Assembly: GCA_020184695.1 (NCBI GenBank)
Contig: JAANOX010000113.1
Span: forward strand, 62,001 to 126,000
Direction of reading: 5' to 3'
DNA length: 64,000 nt
DNA from: Histomonas meleagridis 2922-C6/04-290x
Taxonomy: Eukaryota > Protista > Parabasalia
Shown: one piece after another, positions 21,630 through 33,249 of the stretch
Layout of the letters: the number at the start of each line of letters is the position of its first letter
Position numbering within the stretch: the first letter of the stretch is position 1
Translations under genes and position numbers: made by a program
The notes under the pieces: model-generated
What the model saw: only the letters and a program-made list of their open reading frames with translations
Told to the model about the DNA's origin: nothing
Databases searched by the model: none

Positions 21630-22697
21630 TTAGCTATGTGAAGAAGGTTTCTTTCGTTTTTGTTTGCTCTGAGCCATTGGAAATTCTTTTTCGATTTGCT
21701 CTTTTGCGGAAGCATGTACTCTTTTATAATTTACATTATTTAATTTTAGCATATTTTCAGCTTGTTTTGGAGTTACGTAATTGCTTCCAAAGCCATTATG
21801 AATTCTATTTACTTCTTTTTTAGACTTTTTTTCGATTCGTCTCATATGTTCATCAACATCTAAATCTGAAGAATCGAAGTCAGAACTTGGATCAGCATCG
21901 ATGTGTAGCACATGTTGCTTAAAAGGATTAATAGTAGTATTAGGTTTGATTTCATTTTCTTGTTTTGATTGTTTTGGATGAAATTCGAAATATTCTATAA
22001 TTGGCTTTTGAACTTGTTTCTTCTGTTTGTTATCTCTTTTTTTAGCTTCAAGTCTATTATTGAAATTAATTAATGATTCATTAAACTTTTTGGTTTGTTC
22101 ATTCATTGTTGTTCTGATTGTAGAAATTTCTTCTTCTAATTCTTTGATTCTGGATTTAGGATCAATTGATGCATTTACACGAATGGATTTCCATGCATAA
22201 AAATGTGTTGAATGTTGCTTCTCGATGTGTTTGTCTAATAAGTTAAGTGACTTGAATTTTTTACGACATAATGGACATTTATCATAATCTGTATATGCTT
22301 CTTTTAACAATATATCTTTTCTATTTTCGGACCTCTGAAGAAGATTTATTTTTTCTTTGTATATAAGACATTCATCCTCAGATTCAGTTAATTTTGTTTT
22401 GAGTTGTTTTTGACAATCATACATGTATTGGATAATAATTTGAAGAATCATAACAAATTTAAATGCCAATGGATCAGACAAATATGATCTATCTCCTTCA
22501 TTCATAATGGAAGACACAAAAGAATTGGCTATTTTTTCCATTAAATTGAAATCTTTTGTTTCAGATAACATTATAGGATCAACATCTTTTATAATTGACC
22601 AATTAATTCCAGGGTCTCTTATGTATTTTTTGTTTTTATATGTACTATTTTCGGTTTTTGGTCTCCCAATAGAATAATAAATTGGGTTCATCTGCAT
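21630..22697 (-). CDS. DZIP1/Iguana-like C2H2 zinc-finger coiled-coil protein
   Basis: INWSIIKDVDP…DPLAFKFVMILQIIIQYMYDCQ resembles the Dzip-like N domain, followed by coiled coil and CPLCRKKFKSLNLLDKHIEKQH. Confidence 0.7.
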   Translation of the reverse strand: MQMNPIYYSIGRPKTENSTYKNKKYIRDPGINWSIIKDVDPIMLSETKDFNLMEKIANSFVSSIMNEGDRSYLSDPLAFKFVMILQIIIQYMYDCQKQLKTKLTESEDECLIYKEKINLLQRSENRKDILLKEAYTDYDKCPLCRKKFKSLNLLDKHIEKQHSTHFYAWKSIRVNASIDPKSRIKELEEEISTIRTTMNEQTKKFNESLINFNNRLEAKKRDNKQKKQVQKPIIEYFEFHPKQSKQENEIKPNTTINPFKQHVLHIDADPSSDFDSSDLDVDEHMRRIEKKSKKEVNRIHNGFGSNYVTPKQAENMLKLNNVNYKRVHASAKEQIEKEFPMAQSKQKRKKPSSHS

Positions 22698-22769
22698 TCT
22701 TAACGTACAAACTTAAAAAAACAAAATATTCAAGAAAAACAAAAATTTTTCCCAAGCGTGCTTTATTAG

Positions 22770-22970
22770 TGAAGTAAAACAATTACTTGAACAAGAAGGA
22801 ATCACTGTAAATGCTAGAGGTATTTATTCGTTTTATTTGATTATTTGTTAATTAATTTTTAGATTTAAAAATAATATTTAAAAATGATTTAAATCATTAT
22901 TTATAACAGCACTTGTGTATACATCTGAAAAAGGTTAACAGAAATAGTTAAATTACTTCGTGATGAATTC
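22770..22970 (+). pseudogene. Solo ankyrin-block/spacer/ankyrin-block remnant
   Basis: EVKQLLEQEGITVNARG, then an 84-nt spacer (22822-22905) starting ATTTATTCGTTTTAT, then TALVYTSEKG. Confidence 0.6.
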
Positions 22971-24401
22971 ATTTTTAAAATTATATTATAATTATTCATT
23001 TGCTATCAAACGATAGGAACAATAAAAATATTAATATTAGCATAATAAATAAGCATGAATTAATAATAACCAAAGTAATAATAAAATCCCAAATACAACC
23101 ATTTTATAACGAAATAAGTACACAAACAGAATAAACTGAAACATTAGGCCGGTATGTTATTAATATGTACCTATAAACTCAATTCAGGATGGATTCAACA
23201 ATCCTTCTACGAAATTTCATTCTAATAATTAATTCTATATCAAAATCAAATAATTTTTTTCTAAGAAATGACAAAATGTCAAAAGAATTTCAAGTTTTTT
23301 GTTTCTGACTGCATTTAATTTTCTATACACACGGTTAAAATTCAATTCAATTAATTTTTTTATATAAAATAAGAATACTGCAATTTAATATTAAAACAGA
23401 ATTACTACTTAGCTTCTCAATAACGCAAACAAGAAAAGTTAATTTTAAGAAACATTCTAAATATATTTTTTCTAATGTTAAATTATTAATTTTTGAACAT
23501 CCGTTTTTTTTGATTATTACCAACCAAGACATGTGTTATTCTTGAAAGAAAGTTTAATTATGTAAAAATTATTAACACATTTGACATTACAATATTTATT
23601 TTTACTTTCTGGAAAGATGAATTATATAGAACGCAGATATCATTGAAAAATTCGGTTTTTTTGTTAAGTTTATTTAAAATAATTTTTTCTCTTCACGACT
23701 ATTACAACCGCTTTATTTGACTTAATTAATTTGCCTGTCAGATCACTTATTCGATAAATAAAATTGAAATATCTTATGTATTTTACGATATTTGTTTAAA
23801 TATTCATTATATTATATTTATTATTCATAAGAAAATATATAGATATATTAAATTTGATTTGGAATAATTTTACCGAAAAATATTCCGAGTTTAAAAAAAC
23901 GGTTATTCATTATCGTTTATCAATCATTTTCGTAAACTATTGACATTCTGGAACACATAAATCACAATTTTTGTAGATTATTCTTCAATAGAGAAGAATC
24001 AGACAGGAATGATTTTATTCGTGAGACACTGTTTTATTCATTTTTGTTGTCTTATTTTATTTTTATCGTGCGTTTGGACGGAATGATCAGGTCCATAAAA
24101 CCCATTTTCAGTGGTCGCGTAATTCAATGCATTGAATTTCATTCAAAAAAAATTGAATCGACACGGCCGTATTTGATTTTATTTGTCCGAAATCAATTCA
24201 ATTTTTCAATACTAAATTTCTCTTAAGCCCCTTACTAAACGATAAGAAAAGCATCAAATTCAAACATTTTTTTCTCAGTAAACCATATGTCTTTCATCTA
24301 AATATTTTAATTTCTTGATATCTATACTATATATTTAATGATATTAAATTTGTGATTTCGAAAACCTTCGTGGTATTGCAGCTTTTAACAATTGAATTTC
24401 T

Positions 24402-25220
24402 ATGCTTTCAAAAGAATACCTGTCATTTTCCACAATGAAGAAATCGAACAATAACCCAAAAAAGAAAAATGGCTTTTCAGAGTTCATAATTAACTTCCTC
24501 AAGCAGTATGAAAACAAGATAGATTTTATCATCCAAATCAACCAACTATCAATAGATTCAGGTGTTGAAAAACGTCGTCTATACGACTTACTCAATGTAC
24601 TCGTTGCATGTGGTATCTGCATCAAAGCAGGACCTCATGCATACCAATGGAAAGGTCTTTCAACCCTTTCAAATTTACTTCCATCTATCTCTAGAGACAT
24701 AGAGATCAAAGCCCTTACAGAAGATCTAGACAAGCTTTTCTACCTTCCAGAGTCTCCAGCCATCGGTACCTTGGCTATCAATTTCCTTGGAATATTTGTT
24801 TATTTCGGAACACAATCTTTAAACATCCGCGATATCGCCGTATTCTTATCGCCCGATGAAGAAAAGTCCAAACCAATCTTAAGGAGGTTATATTTAGTTG
24901 CATTTCTCCTTGAAAGAATCGGAATATTAAAACATTCCACCAAAGTTGGTGAATGTTTAATCAATGCCGATCTTAAAGAACTCACGAAATCCACACTTAC
25001 AGCGCTATCTGTTGAAGGAAGGTTCCCTCCTGACTGTATCAAATATCAATTAAATCGATTCGATGACTTATATGTCACCCGACTTCAAGCTGAACGAAAA
25101 TCACAACTTATATCACAGCTACAAAGCAAGATCAACCAAGCAAACATCCAAAAACAATCACAAGAAATCCAAAAGGTCCAACAAATCCCGCCAATTGTAC
25201 TTTTTCAATTGAGGACTTAA
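24402..25220 (+). CDS. E2F/DP winged-helix transcription factor, apparently with two DNA-binding domains
   Basis: EKRRLYDLLNVLVACGICIK…YQWKG is an E2F/DP signature; a second degenerate copy reads ILRRLYLVAFLLERIGILKH. Confidence 0.8.
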   Translation: MLSKEYLSFSTMKKSNNNPKKKNGFSEFIINFLKQYENKIDFIIQINQLSIDSGVEKRRLYDLLNVLVACGICIKAGPHAYQWKGLSTLSNLLPSISRDIEIKALTEDLDKLFYLPESPAIGTLAINFLGIFVYFGTQSLNIRDIAVFLSPDEEKSKPILRRLYLVAFLLERIGILKHSTKVGECLINADLKELTKSTLTALSVEGRFPPDCIKYQLNRFDDLYVTRLQAERKSQLISQLQSKINQANIQKQSQEIQKVQQIPPIVLFQLRT

Positions 25221-25427
25221 CCGATGTTTCTGGACCCAAAATCAACAACCAATTAGTTCTGTGTAAACATTTGATTTCTTTTTTGTCGAGAAAACTTTTT
25301 GTATGGGAACGTACTTCAAAACAATGTGTGGCTGTCAAATTGCTCGGTCTCAATTTTGTGCAAAGATTTTATGGTGATGAACTCAAAAAGTGAAAGAAAG
25401 ACGCTCAAAAACAATACAATCAAAATT

Positions 25428-28400
25428 TTATTCGTCAAGTTGACAGACTTCCTCTTCAAAATCTTCAGCGTTGGAAAATCTTGAAACGAACACCTTTTGA
25501 AAAGTGTCAGATGTGATAACCTCAAAAGTGCTCGGATTAATAAAAAGAGATAAAATCCCTGGAATATAGATGGGCTTTGTGCAAATTAAAATTGGATCAT
25601 AACTTGTAGGGTCGATTGAATAAAAGGATAAATCGCCACGAATATCTGCTATTACGATAAAACGACCATCAAAAGAATTTGTTACAGGTAGCAATCCAGC
25701 CTTTTCAATGCTGTAGTCTGTTTGAAATTCTCTGATCTTTTCACCATTAATTGAATATTGAACTATTTCTTGATCATTAAATATTGTTATAACCCCAGAA
25801 AAATCATCACAAAAAATACCCTTTGGATTAAATCCAAGGTTTATGTTATGGTGTAACAATTGTGTCGCGTAATTCCATATTACTAAATTATTTTCAAACA
25901 AACTTGCGCAAACAAAATCAAATGCAAATACAACAGTAAAGTTACATTTTGTACTTCCATAAAATGAATTTGTTAATTCAATTCCACAAGGATCTCCATT
26001 CTTATATATTATTCTATAAACCGAAGCCATTCCTGTTTCGAAACTTATTGCCATAAACATGCCTGTGCTACAAACAGATATATCAGTAACTCTTGAATAT
26101 TTCGAATCCACATCGACGAACAACTCAGAAAAACCCGTTAGTGAAACTTTTTGAATGGAAAACGTTTCACTCTCTGAATTAACCGTCGCGAAATGATCGT
26201 ATTTTGGAGGAATTGGAGCGCTTAATTTCGGCATTAAATAAACACCTAAATCACATTTTGCCACATTTCCATCACTATTTTCCCCGTGAATTAAAGATTC
26301 TTGTTGGACCGATATCTCAATTTTTTTGGGAGGTTGAATAAATTGTTTTGATCTTTTTGCATGTGGCTTAGTAAAAAGCTGAATTGGGCATTGGCCGAAA
26401 TGAATTACTTGCGCTTTGAAAGCATCACTATCCATACCTAAACTTTCTTGAGTTGAATATTGATAACAAACTGGATGAAATACATTTTTATATTCCAAAG
26501 CAGCATCACCTAATTCCTTATATCCGAATATCAAATCGATCCATTCTTCGATATTTTCGGTCGATTGTAAATATTTTATCATCACGTCCACATAAAAACG
26601 TGGTGAATCATTTGACCAAATTGGTAATTCAACGTTTTCTTTAAAGTTATTTGGGAACTTTAAATTCGAAACATTTTTGAAAATTTCGGGAAATATATAT
26701 AACTCTGGAATTAATTCCTTTAAATCAGATGTATTATTTTTTGTAGCTGAATCATAAGCATCTTCAATCGATACAAATAATCTTTTAGAACTATCCCAAC
26801 CATTATTTAAATCCCATGATAAAAATGTGAATGGTTGCAATCTAATCATAAACCAAAATATAATTCCAGGAAGTGAATAATGAAATCCATAATAATATTT
26901 TGGTTCTTCTGTCGATTCATATATTTCATCATAATAATCCGATTTCTCTTTAAATAATTGTCCGATTGGTAATGATAAATCACGTTTTAGTTCTAAGTTC
27001 GGCGATATTATCCATGGGAAAATTGGATATTGTGTTAAATCTGTTAACGAACGACCTCCGAAAAAATTTAACATCAAAAGATAATCGAAATTTGTTATTA
27101 CGCCGGAATCCCACATATCAAAAGCTGTTTGTAAATTTGATATATTAAATAAATATGGATATGATGATAATGTTTTTGAATAACTTTTGTCCCATAACTT
27201 ATGTAAAACTTTTTCTGCATTTATATAATCAGAAATTGTATCGAATATTATTATTAAATTTGGTGAAAATATTGATTCAATTGATAATGAAATATTTTGA
27301 TGTAAATATAAATGTGGTTGAATTAGTATTAAATCATGGAAATAAATAGTTAAAACAAAATGTCCACAAAATATTGATGCGTTTTTCCATTCACCAATAG
27401 TAATTGATTCAGAAATAGGTAAAAATGATATTGACCATTCAGGTTGTTCAATTAATATTAATTCATTATTAGAATATTTCGATAAAAGGATAATAGAAAT
27501 CGATTTTTCAGTGATAAATAATGTACTTTTAGTTGTATGAGTTGAATAAAAAAATGATGAATTAAATATGTTCAAAATTTTCCCTAATTTTTTATGAAAT
27601 ATTTTCGAAAATAATGATATTAATTGTGATGGAGTTTGTGGTATTATTTGAGAATATTCAAATGGAGATGAAAATTGTGGCGTGTCATGGAAATAACACC
27701 ATTCTGGTGATGATTTAAAGATTCCTTGTTTAGATATTTGTAATATTCGTGAATTCTTTATGGAATTATTCATCGAGAAAAATTTCGGATTAATTTTTGT
27801 GTCGAATTCAGGTGTTTTAACTTTAAATGGTGAAGGAATTATTACTTTTGTTTGATATAATGGTAATTTAATAAATGAAATATGATAAGAATTATGTGGA
27901 AAATCTTTTTGATGTTTATTTTTAAATGAAATTTGTTGGAATTTATATAAATTATGTTCATATTTTAAGTTTCTTTTATTGATTCCAAAGTATTGTGATT
28001 GACTTTGAATATAATAATTCGAAATTCGATAAATAGAAAATATTAAAAAATGTTTTGATGTTGATATAAATTTTTGTTGTATATAATGTATTAAATTTTT
28101 TGTTCTTTTTTCTTTTAAATTAGAATCAATTGTATCCGAATTTTTATATTTTCGTTTATAATTTATCCATAAGTTTTCTACTTCTTCAGCTTTATATTGA
28201 TTATTCTTTAAATCAAAAATTGACATGAAAAGTTTCATTGTTAATATTATATCAGGCGAATCTATATCACATTTCCGAGTAAAATGAAGCCAAAACAATG
28301 AAAATTCAATATTAGAAAATATCGGAGGATAAAAAACTAAATTTTTAAATGAAACAAATAATTGAAACAAATCAATTAATTCTTCATTTAAAGTATATAT

Positions 28401-31400
28401 AAATGAGCCAAGTAATATATCTCTATAAATTGTCATCATATTTTGATCATTTAAAAATGTTTCAAATTGTTCATTAATTTGTAATGTTTTTAACAAATTC
28501 AAAATTAATGATAAGAAATTAATATATTTATCATTAAATAAACCTAAATGATTACATTTCGATATGATATTCATGGAAGGTTTATGATATAAATCAATCG
28601 AATATTGTGTATTAGCTAATTTTATTAAAACAGAAAAAATTAATTCTTGTCCAAAGAAATGTAAATATTTCGAATTCATTAAATTATGTCCATTAATATA
28701 ATCGATTAATAATGTCGAAAAGTCTGATGGTTCAGTTGAAAACAAAATCGATGAAAAAATTGATATTATTGAAGAAAATGGAATTTTTTTCCTAATGTTT
28801 GGATCACTAATATCAATTGGTAAATACTCATTAAAAAACTTCTTTAAAGTTTTTGCATTATTTAATTGTTCATTTTCTTGTATAATATCATAATAAGGTG
28901 AAATTTTATTACATAAACTAAAAGCTTTTTTAATTTCATCTTTCGTTAAATTTATAGGTGAAAAGTCATCATTAATTTGAACAATTCCTAAATTTGATAA
29001 AATCATTAAAGGATTTATACAATTCGATTGTAAAAATAATGAAAATTGTGTTTTAGATATTGTCAAAATTACATCTAAAACTTGTTTAATCAATTTTCCA
29101 CTTGAGATTTTATGTTTTAAATAAGTTGAAAATATTACTTTATAAGATAAAGCTGATAACATTTCAATTATTACTGGTAAGAATACTGTTCTCGATATAA
29201 TTAATTGCGTAGGAAATATATCATTAGATAATTTACCAGATAAAATTGAAAACGCTATAATCCAACAATTAATTGATTCACATTGTCTTGAAAATGCTGT
29301 ACAACTTCTTTTGGATTCATATAAATATTTAGGATTATGATATGAATAATAACAAATTAAATCCGCAAATAATAATGATCTTTCATCATCAAATAATAAC
29401 ATAAAACCTAAAAGATCTGTATATGTATATAATTCGATGTTAATAGTTTTAGTCACATTAATAAATAAGTCAAGTAAAATATAATTAACTTTTGTGTTAG
29501 ATAAAGCTTTTTCCCAAAACGTCGAAATATTTATTATATTATTATTCCAATCACAAGAAAATATCGAAATGTTTAATAAATATTTTAATTTTTCTTTCGT
29601 TGGATTTATAGAAATTAAATGTTTAATTATATCTATAAAAATTAATGAAATCGATTCATTAATTCCAGTTCTCATAACATTTATTAAGAATTTTATTAAT
29701 TTCATTTCATTAATAGTCGAAAAATCTAAAATATTTTTCATATAACTTTCGATCATTTTTAATAAATTAATAATTACTTCTTTCGGAAATATAAAATATA
29801 TTTCGATATCTTTTAATAAGTTTTTAATGAACAAAGAAGATTTTTGATGATCATAAATTGAAATTGGAATTGTAAATATTAAATTTGGTAATAATTCTTG
29901 AATCGAATCTTTATTACGTTTAATAGATAATAATAATCGTTCCCAAAAATGTTTAGTATTTAATTTAGTATTATCTTCTATTTTATATAACGCTAATATA
30001 ATTTCCGCAATATTTTTCTTTGCATGTTCTAAAAATTGAAACATTGGTTCTATTTGTATAAAAGTTGAAAAATATGTTAAAATTCCGCAATAATTTACAT
30101 TATAAATTGATCCTTTAATTTTTGGATCAATTGGTTTTAAATCATAAATAATTTTTGTAGGTTTCATATTAAATATTTCATCATTATTATAATTATTAAA
30201 ATTGTTTGAAACTAAAATAAGTTTCGATATTAAAAAATGTGTTTTATTATGTATGTCACCAAAATTAAAATCATTATAATTCATTGATTCTAATTCAATT
30301 TGTTTTATTTGATTATTAAAATATATTTCGAGTTTTTTAGTATGGAAATGTAAAAACAAATGATACCAATAATTTTGATTAATTTTATATGAAATTTGTT
30401 CTTTTTCTGATGATACAATTAAATTATTATCATTAACATTTATTGTAAAACAATTATTATAAAGAATTAATATGTTTTCAGTTGAAAATTTTGGAACATT
30501 AACGAAAAATGAAATGTTTGAATGAAATTGTACAATAAAACTTGATGAAATTTCATCATTTGGTATAAACTCATAAATAGGAAAATTCTCAGAAATAAAA
30601 AACGAAGAAAATTGTTCTTCAAAATTATAAATTTCATTAATATATTTCAAATCAATAAATCGATTAATAATTAAATCATAATGTGGAATTTTAATTAAAG
30701 AAACGCCAAACTTTTTATACAATGGTATTGCAAATTTCCCGGCGTTATATAGATTAATTTGTAAACTCGAATCAAAATCATTTAAAAAATATAACAAAGA
30801 AGGAATATGTAATAAGTTTTCATTTTCTTTAAATGAGTAAATTGCATTACAAATTAAATCTTTATCACATTTAAATAAAAGTGATTCTTTTGGTTGTGAT
30901 ATAATCCAATTATCAATTTCAGAATGTGGTCCAAAATTACTTAATGACGAAAGTAATTTTAACAATTTATTGTTATCAAAAGAATTTGTTTTAACATATT
31001 CATCAAGTATTAAAAAACCATTTGATTGAATAAAATATTTAAATCCTTTTTTATGTTTTGGTAATTCATTTGTTAATAACTTTATAAAAGAAGGATTTGA
31101 AATATAATGTAAAAGTAATGAAACAATTTGCGCTGAAAATTCAAATGAAAATAAATCACTCAAAAACTCGAATAAATCATTCAATTTTTCTAAGTGATTT
31201 GAAACTTCGATAAATTTTTGTACAATTGGAAATCGATAATCTTCTGCGTTATCCAATGAATATATTTGAGAAATTAATGATCCAAAAATTACATGTTTCT
31301 TAAAATATATTGAAACATCTTCAACTTTTGGTATTAAAACAAAATCTTCAAGAAATTTCTCATTTAAAAGTTTTACTTTGGATAATTTTCCTTCTGAAAT

Positions 31401-32579
31401 TGATGACTCAATAAGTTCTAAAAAATGATCAATTGGAATAATTTCATTTTCAGGCGGCATAATCAAATTTAATATCGATCTTAATGTAGTTTCAATCGAA
31501 ATTTTATTATTATCTGATAGTTCTTTAAGTAATACGACTAAAACGATTAAGCCTTCGCGATTTAATTCAGGTGGTGGTAATATCCATAAATTTATTGGAT
31601 AACTATTGTTTATGTTATCAAATTCAAATTGTCCATTTAAAGATAAGGAAATAAGTGAAAGAATTTTAGTTCGAATTTCTGCATTTGAAATCGAATACAT
31701 ATAATAAAAAGATTTAACAACTGGAATTGATGCTTTACTTTCACATAAAAGAATTTCATAACATTCAGAAATAATTGGATTTGAATACTTTATGAGAAAA
31801 TTGGCTAAACTGAAAAAACCGTCGATTGAATCAAATCGCTCAAAAATTGTTTGATCAGCAATGGAAAAAGAGGATAAATATCTAGAAATAAATAAGGGCT
31901 TTAATTTACATTCTGTATCAATATTTGATGATGGCTTTTGCAGTGATTCAACAAAAAGTTTTAAATGATTATCAGGAGGAATAAAATTGTGATAATTTTT
32001 TAAAGTTGAATCAAATAATAATTCTATAAAAAATTCTTGTGTTTCATTGGAAACAAAATGATCGAAAAATGTTTCATAAATAATTGAAAATCCATCTTCT
32101 TTTAAAAATTTAGAATGGAAAATTTGGGATTTAAAAAATAGGGAAATAACTGAGAATGAACTGTGAATGATTTCTTTAGGTGATTGTAAAATTCTGGTGA
32201 ATAAACTAAAAAAATCAAAATTTGAATTTCCTGAAAAAATGTGAAAAATCATTATTAAAGAATTAAACATTTTCTCCCTTATTTCTTGATTTCCTAGAAT
32301 AAGAAATCCCTCTTGATTGCATAATAAACAGTATTGTTCAATTTCTTTTTTAATTTCTTTTGTTTGCATACTGTCAAAATCGAGGGGCTCAAATGTTGTT
32401 TGAAAGTGACATATGATCTTTTCAAGAAGTTGCAATTTTTCTTCATCAGTTTCTAAAGATTCATAAATTTTTAAATGATATGAAAAAATATTTAATAGAT
32501 CTTTCTGTGAACTTGAAATATTATCATTTTTTGATGTTGATGAATTTCTTGGGAAAATTTTGCTAAGCCCTCGAAACAT
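25428..32579 (-). CDS. BEACH-domain protein (PH-BEACH-WD40)
   Basis: 2383 aa. NFDYLLMLNFFGGRSLTDLTQYPIFPWI, RDLSLPIG, LKELIPELY, WIDLIFGYK, NVFHP, HFGQCPIQLFTKPH, C-terminal WD-like region. Confidence 0.95.
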   Translation of the reverse strand: MFRGLSKIFPRNSSTSKNDNISSSQKDLLNIFSYHLKIYESLETDEEKLQLLEKIICHFQTTFEPLDFDSMQTKEIKKEIEQYCLLCNQEGFLILGNQEIREKMFNSLIMIFHIFSGNSNFDFFSLFTRILQSPKEIIHSSFSVISLFFKSQIFHSKFLKEDGFSIIYETFFDHFVSNETQEFFIELLFDSTLKNYHNFIPPDNHLKLFVESLQKPSSNIDTECKLKPLFISRYLSSFSIADQTIFERFDSIDGFFSLANFLIKYSNPIISECYEILLCESKASIPVVKSFYYMYSISNAEIRTKILSLISLSLNGQFEFDNINNSYPINLWILPPPELNREGLIVLVVLLKELSDNNKISIETTLRSILNLIMPPENEIIPIDHFLELIESSISEGKLSKVKLLNEKFLEDFVLIPKVEDVSIYFKKHVIFGSLISQIYSLDNAEDYRFPIVQKFIEVSNHLEKLNDLFEFLSDLFSFEFSAQIVSLLLHYISNPSFIKLLTNELPKHKKGFKYFIQSNGFLILDEYVKTNSFDNNKLLKLLSSLSNFGPHSEIDNWIISQPKESLLFKCDKDLICNAIYSFKENENLLHIPSLLYFLNDFDSSLQINLYNAGKFAIPLYKKFGVSLIKIPHYDLIINRFIDLKYINEIYNFEEQFSSFFISENFPIYEFIPNDEISSSFIVQFHSNISFFVNVPKFSTENILILYNNCFTINVNDNNLIVSSEKEQISYKINQNYWYHLFLHFHTKKLEIYFNNQIKQIELESMNYNDFNFGDIHNKTHFLISKLILVSNNFNNYNNDEIFNMKPTKIIYDLKPIDPKIKGSIYNVNYCGILTYFSTFIQIEPMFQFLEHAKKNIAEIILALYKIEDNTKLNTKHFWERLLLSIKRNKDSIQELLPNLIFTIPISIYDHQKSSLFIKNLLKDIEIYFIFPKEVIINLLKMIESYMKNILDFSTINEMKLIKFLINVMRTGINESISLIFIDIIKHLISINPTKEKLKYLLNISIFSCDWNNNIINISTFWEKALSNTKVNYILLDLFINVTKTINIELYTYTDLLGFMLLFDDERSLLFADLICYYSYHNPKYLYESKRSCTAFSRQCESINCWIIAFSILSGKLSNDIFPTQLIISRTVFLPVIIEMLSALSYKVIFSTYLKHKISSGKLIKQVLDVILTISKTQFSLFLQSNCINPLMILSNLGIVQINDDFSPINLTKDEIKKAFSLCNKISPYYDIIQENEQLNNAKTLKKFFNEYLPIDISDPNIRKKIPFSSIISIFSSILFSTEPSDFSTLLIDYINGHNLMNSKYLHFFGQELIFSVLIKLANTQYSIDLYHKPSMNIISKCNHLGLFNDKYINFLSLILNLLKTLQINEQFETFLNDQNMMTIYRDILLGSFIYTLNEELIDLFQLFVSFKNLVFYPPIFSNIEFSLFWLHFTRKCDIDSPDIILTMKLFMSIFDLKNNQYKAEEVENLWINYKRKYKNSDTIDSNLKEKRTKNLIHYIQQKFISTSKHFLIFSIYRISNYYIQSQSQYFGINKRNLKYEHNLYKFQQISFKNKHQKDFPHNSYHISFIKLPLYQTKVIIPSPFKVKTPEFDTKINPKFFSMNNSIKNSRILQISKQGIFKSSPEWCYFHDTPQFSSPFEYSQIIPQTPSQLISLFSKIFHKKLGKILNIFNSSFFYSTHTTKSTLFITEKSISIILLSKYSNNELILIEQPEWSISFLPISESITIGEWKNASIFCGHFVLTIYFHDLILIQPHLYLHQNISLSIESIFSPNLIIIFDTISDYINAEKVLHKLWDKSYSKTLSSYPYLFNISNLQTAFDMWDSGVITNFDYLLMLNFFGGRSLTDLTQYPIFPWIISPNLELKRDLSLPIGQLFKEKSDYYDEIYESTEEPKYYYGFHYSLPGIIFWFMIRLQPFTFLSWDLNNGWDSSKRLFVSIEDAYDSATKNNTSDLKELIPELYIFPEIFKNVSNLKFPNNFKENVELPIWSNDSPRFYVDVMIKYLQSTENIEEWIDLIFGYKELGDAALEYKNVFHPVCYQYSTQESLGMDSDAFKAQVIHFGQCPIQLFTKPHAKRSKQFIQPPKKIEISVQQESLIHGENSDGNVAKCDLGVYLMPKLSAPIPPKYDHFATVNSESETFSIQKVSLTGFSELFVDVDSKYSRVTDISVCSTGMFMAISFETGMASVYRIIYKNGDPCGIELTNSFYGSTKCNFTVVFAFDFVCASLFENNLVIWNYATQLLHHNINLGFNPKGIFCDDFSGVITIFNDQEIVQYSINGEKIREFQTDYSIEKAGLLPVTNSFDGRFIVIADIRGDLSFYSIDPTSYDPILICTKPIYIPGILSLFINPSTFEVITSDTFQKVFVSRFSNAEDFEEEVCQLDE

Positions 32580-33249
32580 GTTTCCTTTTTAACGTCACAT
32601 GTCGTTTTTTCAGTCGAAATTTGAATTGCATGCAATTTCTTTCTTTTTGTTGAATAATGTAAAAAGTAAAGCATACAAATATTAAAAAGATCTTCAACTA
32701 CTAATTTCGAATATTGTTTTATTATTTTGGTATCTAAAATGACAACACAAACCACCACAATTAATAGAGATCAATGATGTGCAAAAAACAAATATTTTAT
32801 TTTGGTTTATTGGCCGTTTCCACAACCCGAAACTTTGTGTTGTAAAAAAACTGTCGAAGATTTAGTAAAATTATATACTTTATTAAAACATTTGATAATT
32901 ATAACAAGAAATCATTTCTTTCATATGTTTTGATATCGGAAAGGATAAAGTCTGTGGGGTTGTCATAAACGTTTTTAGAACATTTAATTTAAAGAAGAGA
33001 AAAGATCAATAAGATTTTACTCGAATTAATCTATCAAAAGTTTTTTTCGAAAAACAACATATTGAATTTTTAAATGAATCCATATGAATTAGTTATACAT
33101 ATTATTAAACAAAATAACCAAAAATAGCTTCAAATAATTCACCATTAAAACATCCCCATGAAATACAAACACAAACATTAATATTTTAATACATTCTAAT
33201 TCAGTATAACTTTTCTCATTTTACAAAATTCTAATTTAAACTTTGATGT

